Source: a virus | Taxonomy: Duplodnaviria; Caudoviricetes | Direction: 5' to 3' (one strand) | Length of the DNA: 59,874 nucleotides | IMG/VR virus record: IMGVR_UViG_3300025133_000113 | Span: 1-59,874 of that record | Part shown: piece by piece, positions 26,742 to 36,564 of the stretch | Layout of the letters: each line of letters begins with the position of its first letter | Numbering within the stretch: the first letter of the stretch is position 1 | Translations under genes and position numbers: made by a program | The notes under the pieces: model-generated | What the model saw: only the letters and a program-made list of their open reading frames with translations | What the model was told of the DNA's origin: nothing | The model's database searches: none

Positions 26742-27999
26742 TACAGACAAATTACGTAAGAAAGCTCAAATGTTATCTTTAAGGAAAACCATCCTTCACG
26801 AAGGTATGGGTTACCCATCAGGAATGATGGAGCGAATGGATAGTTCCATTGAAGAACGCATTATGAACAGGGAAACAGCCATTGGTGACCACCCTGCGCT
26901 ACCTAAAGGTGGCGTAAGAGGGTTTGACCAAAAACTACTATTAGATAGGTTCCTAGAGGTTGTAAACAAGTATAAAGATGCTTACGATGTAAGTGAGATT
27001 GATACAGGTCAAGTTCTCCTTGAGGTACCTGAACTATTATTGGGTGTTGTCGAGGCTGAGAAGCCTCATAGAAAGGCTCTTGAGGATTTAGCTGTGGAGA
27101 TGATTAGAGAAGATTTTGATTTGAGTGAGGATACCATGATATTCGATGCTAAGTTGGTGGATAAGGTAGAGTTAGGACAGAAGTTAACCAACAGTGGTCC
27201 TGACGAAGAATATCAAATGGAATTCGAGAAGTACGAAGACATTGACAATGCTGAAGCTGAGGTTATGAACAGACGGTTCATTAACTGTATGATTCAAGGT
27301 GCGGCTATGAGATGTAATCACATGTTCAACCTTAAGAATGAAGAGATACAGAAATTCGACCCAACGTTACCTGCCAAGTATAAAAAATTGATGTCTGCGG
27401 CTGAATACATGTATTTTGTAATCCCTGAAGGTGTTAGTAATAAGGTCGTTAATGTACCTTCCAGTATTGGTGGTATGGTTGACGTTGATTATGATGAGAA
27501 TGAGGTGCCTGTGATTACCGTAGAAGCCCTAACGTTACCAGTAATGATACATGAATTGGTTAAGGGTGTTATGGAGGTTGTGGCACAACATGGTTTCACC
27601 GAAGATGATGCACTGAATGAGTATATTGTAAGTCAAGCTGACTTCTTAACGGCAGAAGCATCTGATATGAGAATGGGTCCTGCACTATGGGGTAAGTTTA
27701 TGGAAGCAATTGAACCTAGAGATAGTAATTTAAAGCAACACGTATTCTATAACCTGATTAAGAAGCCTACGTCTGAGTTCAACGACTGCATGAGGGAGAT
27801 TCTAGCAGGTACCAAGGAAGGTAAACGTCTGGTAGCTGAAATCATCGAAGGAGTTAAATCTAGGATGGAAGTGGATGACTCATTGTTGGATGAAACAATC
27901 GAAAAGGAGCAAGATTATGGTTCACATATCGATAGGAGTATAGATGAATTGGAACGTTTGAAAAAAGACCCCGATTTGGATGCCCTCTTAGGCATCTAA
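26734..27999 (+). CDS. hypothetical protein upstream of terminase
   Basis: RRFINCMIQGAA, IHELVKGVME, DMRMGPALW motifs. Confidence 0.8.
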   Translation: MANTDKLRKKAQMLSLRKTILHEGMGYPSGMMERMDSSIEERIMNRETAIGDHPALPKGGVRGFDQKLLLDRFLEVVNKYKDAYDVSEIDTGQVLLEVPELLLGVVEAEKPHRKALEDLAVEMIREDFDLSEDTMIFDAKLVDKVELGQKLTNSGPDEEYQMEFEKYEDIDNAEAEVMNRRFINCMIQGAAMRCNHMFNLKNEEIQKFDPTLPAKYKKLMSAAEYMYFVIPEGVSNKVVNVPSSIGGMVDVDYDENEVPVITVEALTLPVMIHELVKGVMEVVAQHGFTEDDALNEYIVSQADFLTAEASDMRMGPALWGKFMEAIEPRDSNLKQHVFYNLIKKPTSEFNDCMREILAGTKEGKRLVAEIIEGVKSRMEVDDSLLDETIEKEQDYGSHIDRSIDELERLKKDPDLDALLGI

Positions 28000-28032
28000 T
28001 ACGCTTAAATATAACATTTCACGCTTGTTAGC

Positions 28033-28040
28033 ATATTTAT
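28033..28040 (+). promoter_or_regulatory. phage late-promoter motif ATATTTAT
   Basis: Upstream of terminase; same motif at 10431, 13139, 22979, 23499, 33985, 34748, 34803, 38441 (+) and 5973, 7451, 8377, 9678, 15991, 41619, 46851 (-). Confidence 0.75.
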
Positions 28041-28052
28041 CTATGATAAAAC

Positions 28053-29876
28053 ATGTTAACAGCAGCCGAAATATTAGAAGAATACACGCAGTGTCTATTA
28101 GACCCGAAGTATGTCATTTCAACATACTTCAAAACTTTTGATAAGACACAAGAAGGGTTTGTACCGTTCGACCTATTCCCCAAACAAAGAGATATCGTTG
28201 ATGACTATAGAAAGCATCGATTCAATCTAGTAGCCAAGCCTAGACAGGCTGGTATATCCACTACAACACAAGCATATGCAGCCACCCTTGTCGGGTTTGC
28301 TGACGATAAGAATCCAGAGTGTATCGTGGTTGTCGCTAACAAACTGAAGTTAGCTAAGAAATTCACTAAAGGTATAAAGAACTTTGTTAATCAACTTCCA
28401 AGATGGGTGTGGGGTGACGAATATTACGGCACAAAAGAGAAGGAAGAAAAAGACATCTTCGTAACGGAGAATCAAGAAGAGATGGAACTGGTCAATGGTT
28501 GTTTAATCGTGGCTGTTGCGACATCTGAGGATGCTTTGCGTGGTTACACGCCTACACTACTTATCATGGATGAGGCTGCGTTCATCGAAAGGGGTGATGA
28601 ACTATTTGCTGCTGCCCTTACCTCACTTGGTACTGGTGGAAAGGCAACTCTTATTTCAACACCTAAAGGACAAGACCCACTATACTACGAGACTTACGAC
28701 CAAGCTAAGAAAGGTGAGAACGACTTCAATGTAATTGAGATGCGTTGGTATGAGGATTTGCGATATAATAAAGACCTCAGATGGTACAAATACTTAGATG
28801 ATGAAGAACTTGAAAAAGAGTGGTTAGAAGAATACGAATTCACCTTCGAATCATACGATAAAAAACTAAGGGCTGGCTATAAACCTACATCTTCATGGTA
28901 TGAGGAAATGTGTAGAGCGATGAATAACGATAAGCGTAGGATAGCTCAAGAGCTTGATGTATCATTCCTTGGTTCAGGTGGTAACGTAATTGATGATAAA
29001 TACATTAATCACCACGAATTGCACAACGTGTGTGAACCTAAGTGGAAAGCTGGTAAAGGTAACGAGATTTGGATATGGGAGAAACCCGTTGAGGGTCACG
29101 AATATATTCTAGCTTCAGACGTATCCAGAGGTGATGGGGAAGACTCATCTACATTCACCATCATAGATGTTACAACCATGGAGCAAGTGGTTGAATACAT
29201 AGGTAAACTACCACCAGATAAGTTAGCCGACATCCTATGGGAATATGGTATATTATATAACGCATTATTAGTAGTGGATATTACAGGTGGTATGGGTGTC
29301 ACGACAACTTTGAAGTTGAAGGAGATGAAATACCCTCACTTATATTACGAGCGAAGAGGTGATAAACTATTGAAACCTAGGAAGGAAGATAATAAGTATA
29401 AACCTAAGATTGAAACTCCTGGTTATCAGGTAGGTTCAGACAGGGTTGCTTTGGTTAGTAATCTTGAGAGGATGGTACGATTGAATTGTGATGAAGGTAT
29501 CAATAAAGGTATCAAGGTTCGGTCAAGCAGAACGATTAGCGAATTCCACACATTCATATACAAGAACGGACGTGCTGACCACCAAGAGGGTAAGCATGAT
29601 GACCTTATAATGGCATTGGGTATGGCGTTATTCATATTGGAGTTCTCCTTCAGTAAGTTAAAGTCATTGAAGACAAAGACAAAGACAATGCTTAATAGTT
29701 GGATAGTCAATAGTAGTGATACGATAGAACCACACTTAGAAAGTGGTAGTGGGTTTGTTGATAAAGCCAACAGGCGTAAGAAGGCTCAACCTAAACCTAA
29801 ATTTGATGCTACGACAGCTAGAAATATGCAAGACCCTTCGGGTCAATATTTATGGTTGTTCAGTGGCACTAAGTAA
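28053..29876 (+). CDS. gp17: terminase large subunit (T4 gp17-like)
   Basis: LFPKQ, KPRQAGISTT, LLIMDEAAF Walker B, ISTPKG, QEL, DVSRGDGEDSS, HDDLIMA. Confidence 0.95.
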   Translation: MLTAAEILEEYTQCLLDPKYVISTYFKTFDKTQEGFVPFDLFPKQRDIVDDYRKHRFNLVAKPRQAGISTTTQAYAATLVGFADDKNPECIVVVANKLKLAKKFTKGIKNFVNQLPRWVWGDEYYGTKEKEEKDIFVTENQEEMELVNGCLIVAVATSEDALRGYTPTLLIMDEAAFIERGDELFAAALTSLGTGGKATLISTPKGQDPLYYETYDQAKKGENDFNVIEMRWYEDLRYNKDLRWYKYLDDEELEKEWLEEYEFTFESYDKKLRAGYKPTSSWYEEMCRAMNNDKRRIAQELDVSFLGSGGNVIDDKYINHHELHNVCEPKWKAGKGNEIWIWEKPVEGHEYILASDVSRGDGEDSSTFTIIDVTTMEQVVEYIGKLPPDKLADILWEYGILYNALLVVDITGGMGVTTTLKLKEMKYPHLYYERRGDKLLKPRKEDNKYKPKIETPGYQVGSDRVALVSNLERMVRLNCDEGINKGIKVRSSRTISEFHTFIYKNGRADHQEGKHDDLIMALGMALFILEFSFSKLKSLKTKTKTMLNSWIVNSSDTIEPHLESGSGFVDKANRRKKAQPKPKFDATTARNMQDPSGQYLWLFSGTK

Positions 29877-29901
29877 TATTTAATATAAAACAAGATACAT
29901 A

Positions 29902-30099
29902 ATGGGACAAGAAAAAACGTTTACTAGAAAGAATTTCGGAACGCTGTACAAGTGGTCTGTCAGAACAGGACCCCAAGGTAAGAGTAAAACTAAACCTACT
30001 CCCATAACTGGTTGTAAGGTTGGGTATGTCTATAATAGAGTTATTGTTAATGGGCAAGCGGAGAACCAACCATACGTTGAGTGTGGGTATGTCCAATAA
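29902..30099 (+). CDS. small hypothetical protein between terminase and portal
   Basis: 65-aa ORF filling the gap. Confidence 0.55.
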   Translation: MGQEKTFTRKNFGTLYKWSVRTGPQGKSKTKPTPITGCKVGYVYNRVIVNGQAENQPYVECGYVQ

Positions 30100-30147
30100 G
30101 ACTTTATTTTTTAAGTAAAGGTATTATAATTATAGAAAAATAGGCAG

Positions 30148-32265
30148 ATGGCTGACAAGAAAAAAGATTTAACAATATTTCAAAAGTTGAATAGGATTTT
30201 AACTCCTGATGGAATTAATCCCAACTTAGAACTGAGTAATAAGTATTCACTAGGGAGCGATGTCCTATTGAAGACTGACAATAAGCAAGAATACGAGCAG
30301 CAAAAGCTACAAGCGAAGCAAAGTAAGTATTTAAGTAACATGTGGGGTAAGGTTGAGGACAACCTATTCCAACAAGCCATACAGTATGAGATGACCAGAA
30401 TCGGGGCTTACTCCGATTTTGAGAACATGGAATTCTACCCAGAACTTGCAGCCACCCTTGATATCATGATGGAGGAATCTACCACCGTAAATGATAAAGG
30501 TAGGGTACTTAATATCTATTCAGATAGTCCACGTATTAGAGGTATTCTGGAAGACCTATTTTTCAATAGATTGGATATACATACCGTATTACCTATGTGG
30601 GTGCGTAACACTTGCAAGTATGGTGATAACTTCGTATATCTTAATACAAGTGACAAATATGGTATCACTGGTGCCAAGCAAATGCCTAACTTCGAAATGG
30701 AGAGGCGTGAGGGTGGTGTATACGACACTATTACAGCTAAATTGAATAGTACATCTGAAAATGGTAAAGATAGGTCAGGTGAGAGCAAAGAAGAACGTGT
30801 ACGTTTCTTTTGGAGAGGTCGAGACTTAGAGTTTGAGTCATGGCAAGTAGCCCACTTCAGATTACTTGGTGATGACAGGCGATTACCTTATGGTACGAGC
30901 GTGTTAGAGAAGTCTAGAAGGATTTGGAAACAACTATTGTTATCTGAGGATGCAATGCTTGTATATCGTGTTACACGAGCGCCAGAGCGTAGAGTGTTCA
31001 AGATTTATGTTGGTAACATAGATGATGAGGATGTACAACCATACGTAAACGAGATTGCCAATCGATTTAAGAGAGCTAACGTAATTGACCCTAACACTGG
31101 GCAAGTAGACCTTAGATACAACCAATTGGCGAATGACCAAGACTTTTTCATCCCAGTAAGAGATGAAAATGCTCCTACCCCAATCGACACACTTCAGGGT
31201 GCTAGTAACCTAGACCAGATTGCGGATATCGAGTATCTACAACGTAAGTTATTTACTGCATTGAGGGTACCTAAGTCTTTCTTAGGATTTGAAGAGTCTC
31301 AGGGTGAGGGTAAGAACTTAGCATTGATGGATGTAAGGTTTGCTAGAACAATTAATAGAATACAACAAGCACTATTACAAGAGCTTAATAAGATTGCCAT
31401 AATACACTTGGTGTTACTAGGTTTTGAGGATGACTTGAACAGCTTCACCATTACAATGAATAACCCATCTACACAAGCAGAGATGCTTAGGATAGAGCAC
31501 TTACAGGCTAAGTTTACAGCTATACAAGCTGCTGTTGCCGATGCTGGTAATGGGTTTGGAATTATGTCAATGACAAAAGCCAAGAGAGATATACTTGGAT
31601 GGAGTGATGCTGAGATTAAGCAAGACCTTCTTGAACAACGTATGGAGAAAGCGGCTGCTGCTGAATTGGAGAATACTTCCAATGTCATTAAGAACACAGG
31701 CTTCTTCGATAAGGTTGATAAACTATACGGTGACATTGAAGTCGCCAGAGGTGGTGGTGCGGCTGAAGAAGGTGGTGAAGATGGAGGTCCTACTGGTGGT
31801 GGAGGTGGTGGCTTCGGTGGTGGTGGTATCGGTGGTGACGATATAGACTTTGGAGACGAAGAAGGTGGAGACGAAGAAGGTGGAGACTTCGGAGATGATG
31901 CTGGTGGAGAAGGATTTGGTGATGATGCTGATGCTGGTGGAGATGACTTAGGTGGTGATGATGCTGGTGGTGATGATGCCGCAGCAGAACCTGCTGGCGA
32001 ATTAGGTGAGATGCTTAAGATTGGTCAAAGAATCTTATCTGAGGAAAAACTGATATTGGTAGACAAGTTAACCAAGAGAAAGATGCGTCACAAGGAAATC
32101 CACATGAACAGGTTAATGGAGAGTATCACCAAAAGTGATATGGACGATGCTGTTAATGAAAACAGGATTAGTCTAACTGACAAAGGTATGCGTATAAACC
32201 AAAATGTTGATGATATGTTGAAAGATATTAACGACAGAATTGAGGAAGCGGATAGTGACGAATAA
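30148..32265 (+). CDS. gp20: portal protein (T4 gp20-like) with Gly/Asp-rich tail
   Basis: PYGTSVLE...EDAMLVYRVTRAPERRVF...DIEYLQRKLFTALRVPKSFL...DVRFARTINRIQ. Confidence 0.95.
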   Translation: MADKKKDLTIFQKLNRILTPDGINPNLELSNKYSLGSDVLLKTDNKQEYEQQKLQAKQSKYLSNMWGKVEDNLFQQAIQYEMTRIGAYSDFENMEFYPELAATLDIMMEESTTVNDKGRVLNIYSDSPRIRGILEDLFFNRLDIHTVLPMWVRNTCKYGDNFVYLNTSDKYGITGAKQMPNFEMERREGGVYDTITAKLNSTSENGKDRSGESKEERVRFFWRGRDLEFESWQVAHFRLLGDDRRLPYGTSVLEKSRRIWKQLLLSEDAMLVYRVTRAPERRVFKIYVGNIDDEDVQPYVNEIANRFKRANVIDPNTGQVDLRYNQLANDQDFFIPVRDENAPTPIDTLQGASNLDQIADIEYLQRKLFTALRVPKSFLGFEESQGEGKNLALMDVRFARTINRIQQALLQELNKIAIIHLVLLGFEDDLNSFTITMNNPSTQAEMLRIEHLQAKFTAIQAAVADAGNGFGIMSMTKAKRDILGWSDAEIKQDLLEQRMEKAAAAELENTSNVIKNTGFFDKVDKLYGDIEVARGGGAAEEGGEDGGPTGGGGGGFGGGGIGGDDIDFGDEEGGDEEGGDFGDDAGGEGFGDDADAGGDDLGGDDAGGDDAAAEPAGELGEMLKIGQRILSEEKLILVDKLTKRKMRHKEIHMNRLMESITKSDMDDAVNENRISLTDKGMRINQNVDDMLKDINDRIEEADSDE

Positions 32266-32317
32266 CATAAATGGGGTTTTTACCCATTTTTCACATATTT
32301 AATTTTAAAGGGTTATC

Positions 32318-33088
32318 ATGCAGAAAAATTTCGGAGAACTTAAATACATTTTAAAAGAATTTGTCGCTGACGGTATAGCGGAAAAAAAAGCCGCTAACAA
32401 GAAATTGTTAAAGGACTTTGTAACGTTACTTAAGGAGAACGAGATATTGAAAAGGGAGTTCACCATTTACAATAATATCGAAACTAAGGTCTCCCAATCA
32501 GAGACTTTCATATCCGAATACATCAAGGAGAATATCAAATTGGTAGAGGCTTATACGAAGAAGCAAATTGATGAAGCAAATGGTTTACTATCAGAAATGG
32601 TATCTACCATAAATGTAGAATATCCAGATAACCCACTATCACAATTACATGAATCTATTCACACATTAATGGTGGAGAAGAATTCCATTGGTAATATTGA
32701 TGATAGGGTTACAGCTAAAACTGTGGTTACTGAACACATTAAGACTAATGTGGATAAGAAGCCAGTGAGTGATAGATTACTACCTAATAGTTTCGTGGCT
32801 ACCCTTCTAGCTGAGAAGTTTAATAGGAAGTATGAGAATCTTGATACTGAGACGAAAATGGTATTAAAGACTATCGTAAATTCAGACCCAGAAACTCGTG
32901 AAGGTGTTTTCGTAGGGTTGGTACGAGAATGTGTGGAGTTGGTTGACACTAACCTTAAAGAATCAGAAGTCGAACTTAAAGAAAAGCTTTTATCCACTAA
33001 GGATAAATTACTTAGACTTCAATACCATAGTGATACATACATTAATGAGGTCGGAAAACTACTTGACCTTAAGAGTACACTAAGTTAA
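32318..33088 (+). CDS. helical hypothetical protein downstream of portal
   Basis: Position in head module; FNRKYENL motif; ATATTTAA variant upstream. Confidence 0.75.
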   Translation: MQKNFGELKYILKEFVADGIAEKKAANKKLLKDFVTLLKENEILKREFTIYNNIETKVSQSETFISEYIKENIKLVEAYTKKQIDEANGLLSEMVSTINVEYPDNPLSQLHESIHTLMVEKNSIGNIDDRVTAKTVVTEHIKTNVDKKPVSDRLLPNSFVATLLAEKFNRKYENLDTETKMVLKTIVNSDPETREGVFVGLVRECVELVDTNLKESEVELKEKLLSTKDKLLRLQYHSDTYINEVGKLLDLKSTLS

Positions 33089-33092
33089 CCTC

Positions 33093-33500
33093 ATGGCACC
33101 AAGTTTTAACAACCCAAATTACAATACCATGGTCGAACCAATTAAGTTGACCAGTAGAGACCTTATAAGTGAGACGACTTATGACGGTTGGAACTCATTA
33201 TCACATAATCTGTGTGACGGTGTAACATGTAAACGAATTAAGACCCCTGACACATATGAGGGATTCCTATTGAGGTATGACGTTGGTTGTCAAACCGCAC
33301 CACATATCAATACTGATGAATATGAGGTTCTTAATGTTAGAAGTGGTTCAATTGTAAACCTAATAACCAACGAAACCTGTAATGAAGGTGACACCATGTT
33401 TATAAACAAGAACGAAGTTCATGAAATTTACTGCACCGAAGAGGCGTATGTTTATGTCATAACTACCAAGAGAAAGAGTGAGTTAGCCTCTATCACCTAA
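33093..33500 (+). CDS. cupin-fold protein
   Basis: PH....YE.L.V.SG...GDTMFI.KNEVH. Confidence 0.7.
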   Translation: MAPSFNNPNYNTMVEPIKLTSRDLISETTYDGWNSLSHNLCDGVTCKRIKTPDTYEGFLLRYDVGCQTAPHINTDEYEVLNVRSGSIVNLITNETCNEGDTMFINKNEVHEIYCTEEAYVYVITTKRKSELASIT

Positions 33501-33504
33501 AGTA

Positions 33505-33536
33505 TTTGACTAAGTGGATTCTTTTCCGTATATTGG
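33505..33536 (+). promoter_or_regulatory. host-type promoter inside the head module
   Basis: TTTG-N20-TATATTGG; ATG at 33542. Confidence 0.65.
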
Positions 33537-33541
33537 TACGT

Positions 33542-33967
33542 ATGAAGAAGAAAGGGAAGAAAATTGTCGATAACGACAGCGAACAATTCACCATATCCTA
33601 CGGCACAGTAGATTATACCGACAATACATCCGTATACATTGACATATCATCATGGGTGGAACCATTAGTAATAGATAACACCAAAGCAATGATTAGTTTA
33701 ATGAGGAAATCCATACGCACAGCCGTATTCGGAAACCTACCTAATACTGAGTTCAATAACCACCAGTATATAACTGATTTGGATTTAAGAGAATCAGGAA
33801 TTCAATTGGGGAAACGTAGTTATATGTCTTGTAACATAACACTGTATACAACAAGGGATTTCCCAGATACCATAGAAGATATCAAATCAATGGTAGATGT
33901 TGTCGTAGAAGACCTTAATAGTAGGTTTACAGAGGTTCTGGTATTCAATAAACGCAAGAAAGAATAA
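33542..33967 (+). CDS. hypothetical protein
   Basis: Start moved to ATG 33542; YGTVD...W..P...DLDLRESGI..GKRSYM. Confidence 0.75.
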   Translation: MKKKGKKIVDNDSEQFTISYGTVDYTDNTSVYIDISSWVEPLVIDNTKAMISLMRKSIRTAVFGNLPNTEFNNHQYITDLDLRESGIQLGKRSYMSCNITLYTTRDFPDTIEDIKSMVDVVVEDLNSRFTEVLVFNKRKKE

Positions 33968-34005
33968 CTTTACTTTCCTTTCGCATATTTATCTAAAAAG
34001 TAAGT

Positions 34006-34704
34006 ATGCTGGAAATTAAGACATTACGGGCTGGGGAAACTGGCACAGGTTACCTAATTGAGCAAGATGCTGGTTATATCTCACCTACGGATGAGAGGAA
34101 CCAATCATTCATCAATGAGGTTAAGAAGTTAGGTGGTGGTGGTGTTTCTATACTTGAACCATTAAAGGTAGTTGCAGTATTACAGAAATACGGTGTTGAA
34201 AATCGTAACGGTAGAATCTACCCAGAACATATCCTTAGAGCACAAGCCGAGGAATATGATAAATTAGTACAAGACAATCGCGCACTTGGGGAACTAGACC
34301 ACCCAGAATCATCAATTATTTCAGGAAAAGAAGTATCTCACAATATCACTAAGATATGGTGGGAAGGAGCCACCCTTATGGGAGAGCTTGACATTATAAT
34401 GAGTCCAGGTTATGTAAACTTAGGTATCATTTCATGTGAAGGTGATAAGGTTGCTAATTTCTTAAGACGTGGAATTAAAATCGGTGTATCTTCAAGAGGT
34501 GTAGGTTCAGTTGAGGACGTAAATGGTGTTCAATTAGTACAAGATGATTTCGAATTAATATGCTGGGATGTGGTCACAAACCCATCAACTCCAGGTTCTT
34601 GGATATTCCAAAACAATAAGGAAGCAGGCGCCTTTAAAGAGAGCGTTGAAGAGAAGAAGCCTACTGGTTTAAGCTCAGGTTTAGATTCATTCCTATTGGG
34701 ATAA
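34006..34704 (+). CDS. gp21: prohead protease (T4 gp21-like)
   Basis: NRNGRIYP, ALGELDHP, VSH, GVSSRGVGS, DVVTNPS. Confidence 0.95.
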   Translation: MLEIKTLRAGETGTGYLIEQDAGYISPTDERNQSFINEVKKLGGGGVSILEPLKVVAVLQKYGVENRNGRIYPEHILRAQAEEYDKLVQDNRALGELDHPESSIISGKEVSHNITKIWWEGATLMGELDIIMSPGYVNLGIISCEGDKVANFLRRGIKIGVSSRGVGSVEDVNGVQLVQDDFELICWDVVTNPSTPGSWIFQNNKEAGAFKESVEEKKPTGLSSGLDSFLLG

Positions 34705-34851
34705 TTGGTTAATTATGCATAAAATTTAACTTTCGAGAAACGCTAACATATTTATAAACAGGTGAATATACCAACCTTTTTGAACTTTTGGTTCCACTGG
34801 CTATATTTATTAAGTAGAAAATAAGAAATTCGAGAAAATCCAGAATACAAA

Positions 34852-36528
34852 ATGGAAGGAAAAGATAAAGAAAAAGAAACTATGAGTGAAGCGGTTACTG
34901 ATATTGATATAATCAAAAACGCTTTAAGTGAAAACTCCAAAGAAATATTTCGACACGTTGCTGTCGAAGAAATTGAGGGAGTGGTTAAGGAATCTATTAA
35001 TGAAGATTTCGAAGAAGAAGACATCGATTTAGATGACGACTCTGATGATGTTGAGGACATGCCAGTTGATGGCGATGGTGACCTTGGCGCTGATGATGAC
35101 TCAATTGGGGTTGATGTTGACGCTGACTCAGATGGTGGGGACGACATTGCAATAGATGCTGAACCTGCGAGTATAGATGGTGTGGATGCAATGGCATCAG
35201 ACATGGACAGCGAAGTAGATTTAACATCTGCATCTGATAACGAAGTTCTAGCTGTATACAAGGAATTGTCAATGAGTGATGAAATTGAAGTTGTCGGAGA
35301 TGAAGTACACATGAACATTACCGAACCAGGTAAGTACATTATTAAGCCAGAAGGTGGAGCACCAGATATGGGCGCTGATTTAGGTGGACTAGGAGAACCA
35401 GATTTGGGAGGACTAGACGCAGAGATGGGTGCAGAACCAGAGATGGGAGCAGAACCTGATTTGGGACTAGAACCAGAAATGGGTGCTGAACCAGAAATGG
35501 GAGCAGAACCTGAACTGGAAGTACCAATGGGTGGTGAAGAAGAAGAAGAAGAAATTGGAATCGAAGACGGTTGCAAGAAAGAAGATGACGTTGTGTACGA
35601 AGTCGAAATTAACGAGAGCGAAGGTGCTCATCATGACCACATGAAGGAAACTACGCCACCTAATTCAGGTGATATAGACTCACAGACTTCTAAAGAATTG
35701 CCAGCAGACCTAACGGGGGATAACCTTGAAGGTGGATTTGGAGAACAAGAAGCTAAGAATGGTTCAGGTGATGCTCACGCAGAACACGTTATGGGAGCAG
35801 ACGGAAAGACTGACCCAACAGCAAAAACTAATGCTACAGCAAATCCAGGCGAAGAAAAAATCGAAGGAAATGGTGGTAGTTCAGAAGCAGCACACGGTGA
35901 CCATGTAATGGAAGGCGAAGATGAGGTTGTTGAAGGAGAGATTGCTGAAGAAGAAGTCGTAGAAGGTGAAGAGGCGTTAGACGAGCAAATTCCAGTAGGT
36001 AAAAGACAAAGTGTCGTTTACAAAGGTGGTGAAGACCGTACAAGCATCAAAGGTGCTGGTGGTGTAGCCAACAACAAAAAAGATGGAAATGTAACAGTAT
36101 CTAACAATACAAATGAATCTACAGAATACCAAAATTTAGTCAGTGAAGCAAACAAACTGAAAGAACAAAACGCAGCATTCAATAAGAAGCTGGTTGAGTA
36201 CAAGAAGATGTTGGCTGAGACAGTGGTGTTCAACTCAAACTTAACACATGTTGTTAAACTCTTTATGGAGAATATTACCACTAAAGATGAAAAGAAAAAC
36301 ATTATCACAAGATTTGATAATGAAGTTAAGTCATTGAAAGAATCTAAGCAGCTTTATAATAAGCTTGCTTCTGACCTAACAAGTAGAACTCCTTTATTTG
36401 AAGGTGTAAACCTTGACAGGACGGTATCGACAGGTTCCTCATCACTTAATGAGCAAACAACTTATGTTGACAAAGAGACTGCACGTATCAACGAATTGAT
36501 GGGACGAGTAGAAAAAATCGGAAAATAA
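34852..36528 (+). CDS. prohead core / scaffolding protein (gp22-like)
   Basis: Very acidic; between protease and capsid; EPEMGA repeats; C-terminal coiled coil. Confidence 0.8.
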   Translation: MEGKDKEKETMSEAVTDIDIIKNALSENSKEIFRHVAVEEIEGVVKESINEDFEEEDIDLDDDSDDVEDMPVDGDGDLGADDDSIGVDVDADSDGGDDIAIDAEPASIDGVDAMASDMDSEVDLTSASDNEVLAVYKELSMSDEIEVVGDEVHMNITEPGKYIIKPEGGAPDMGADLGGLGEPDLGGLDAEMGAEPEMGAEPDLGLEPEMGAEPEMGAEPELEVPMGGEEEEEEIGIEDGCKKEDDVVYEVEINESEGAHHDHMKETTPPNSGDIDSQTSKELPADLTGDNLEGGFGEQEAKNGSGDAHAEHVMGADGKTDPTAKTNATANPGEEKIEGNGGSSEAAHGDHVMEGEDEVVEGEIAEEEVVEGEEALDEQIPVGKRQSVVYKGGEDRTSIKGAGGVANNKKDGNVTVSNNTNESTEYQNLVSEANKLKEQNAAFNKKLVEYKKMLAETVVFNSNLTHVVKLFMENITTKDEKKNIITRFDNEVKSLKESKQLYNKLASDLTSRTPLFEGVNLDRTVSTGSSSLNEQTTYVDKETARINELMGRVEKIGK

Positions 36529-36564
36529 ATTAAAAAATAACTAGACAAACTAAAACTTAAAAAT

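Noticed and set aside
20245-31146. Portal duplicate as a DGR template/variable repeat pair
   Set aside because: Mismatches are not adenine-specific in either direction, and no reverse transcriptase is in the window
32382-32389. Other A8/T8 runs (also near 7411, 17870, 55762) as slippage sites
   Set aside because: They lie inside uninterrupted ORFs and I saw no alternative extended frame that needs them
35420-35520. 18-nt repeats in the scaffold gene as a non-coding element
   Set aside because: They encode EPEMGA units and vary at third positions
34752-35576. 274-aa minus-strand Ser/Pro-rich ORF and similar antisense ORFs over clpC, portal and capsid genes
   Set aside because: Shadow frames of biased coding sequence on the other strand, with no promoter or motif support
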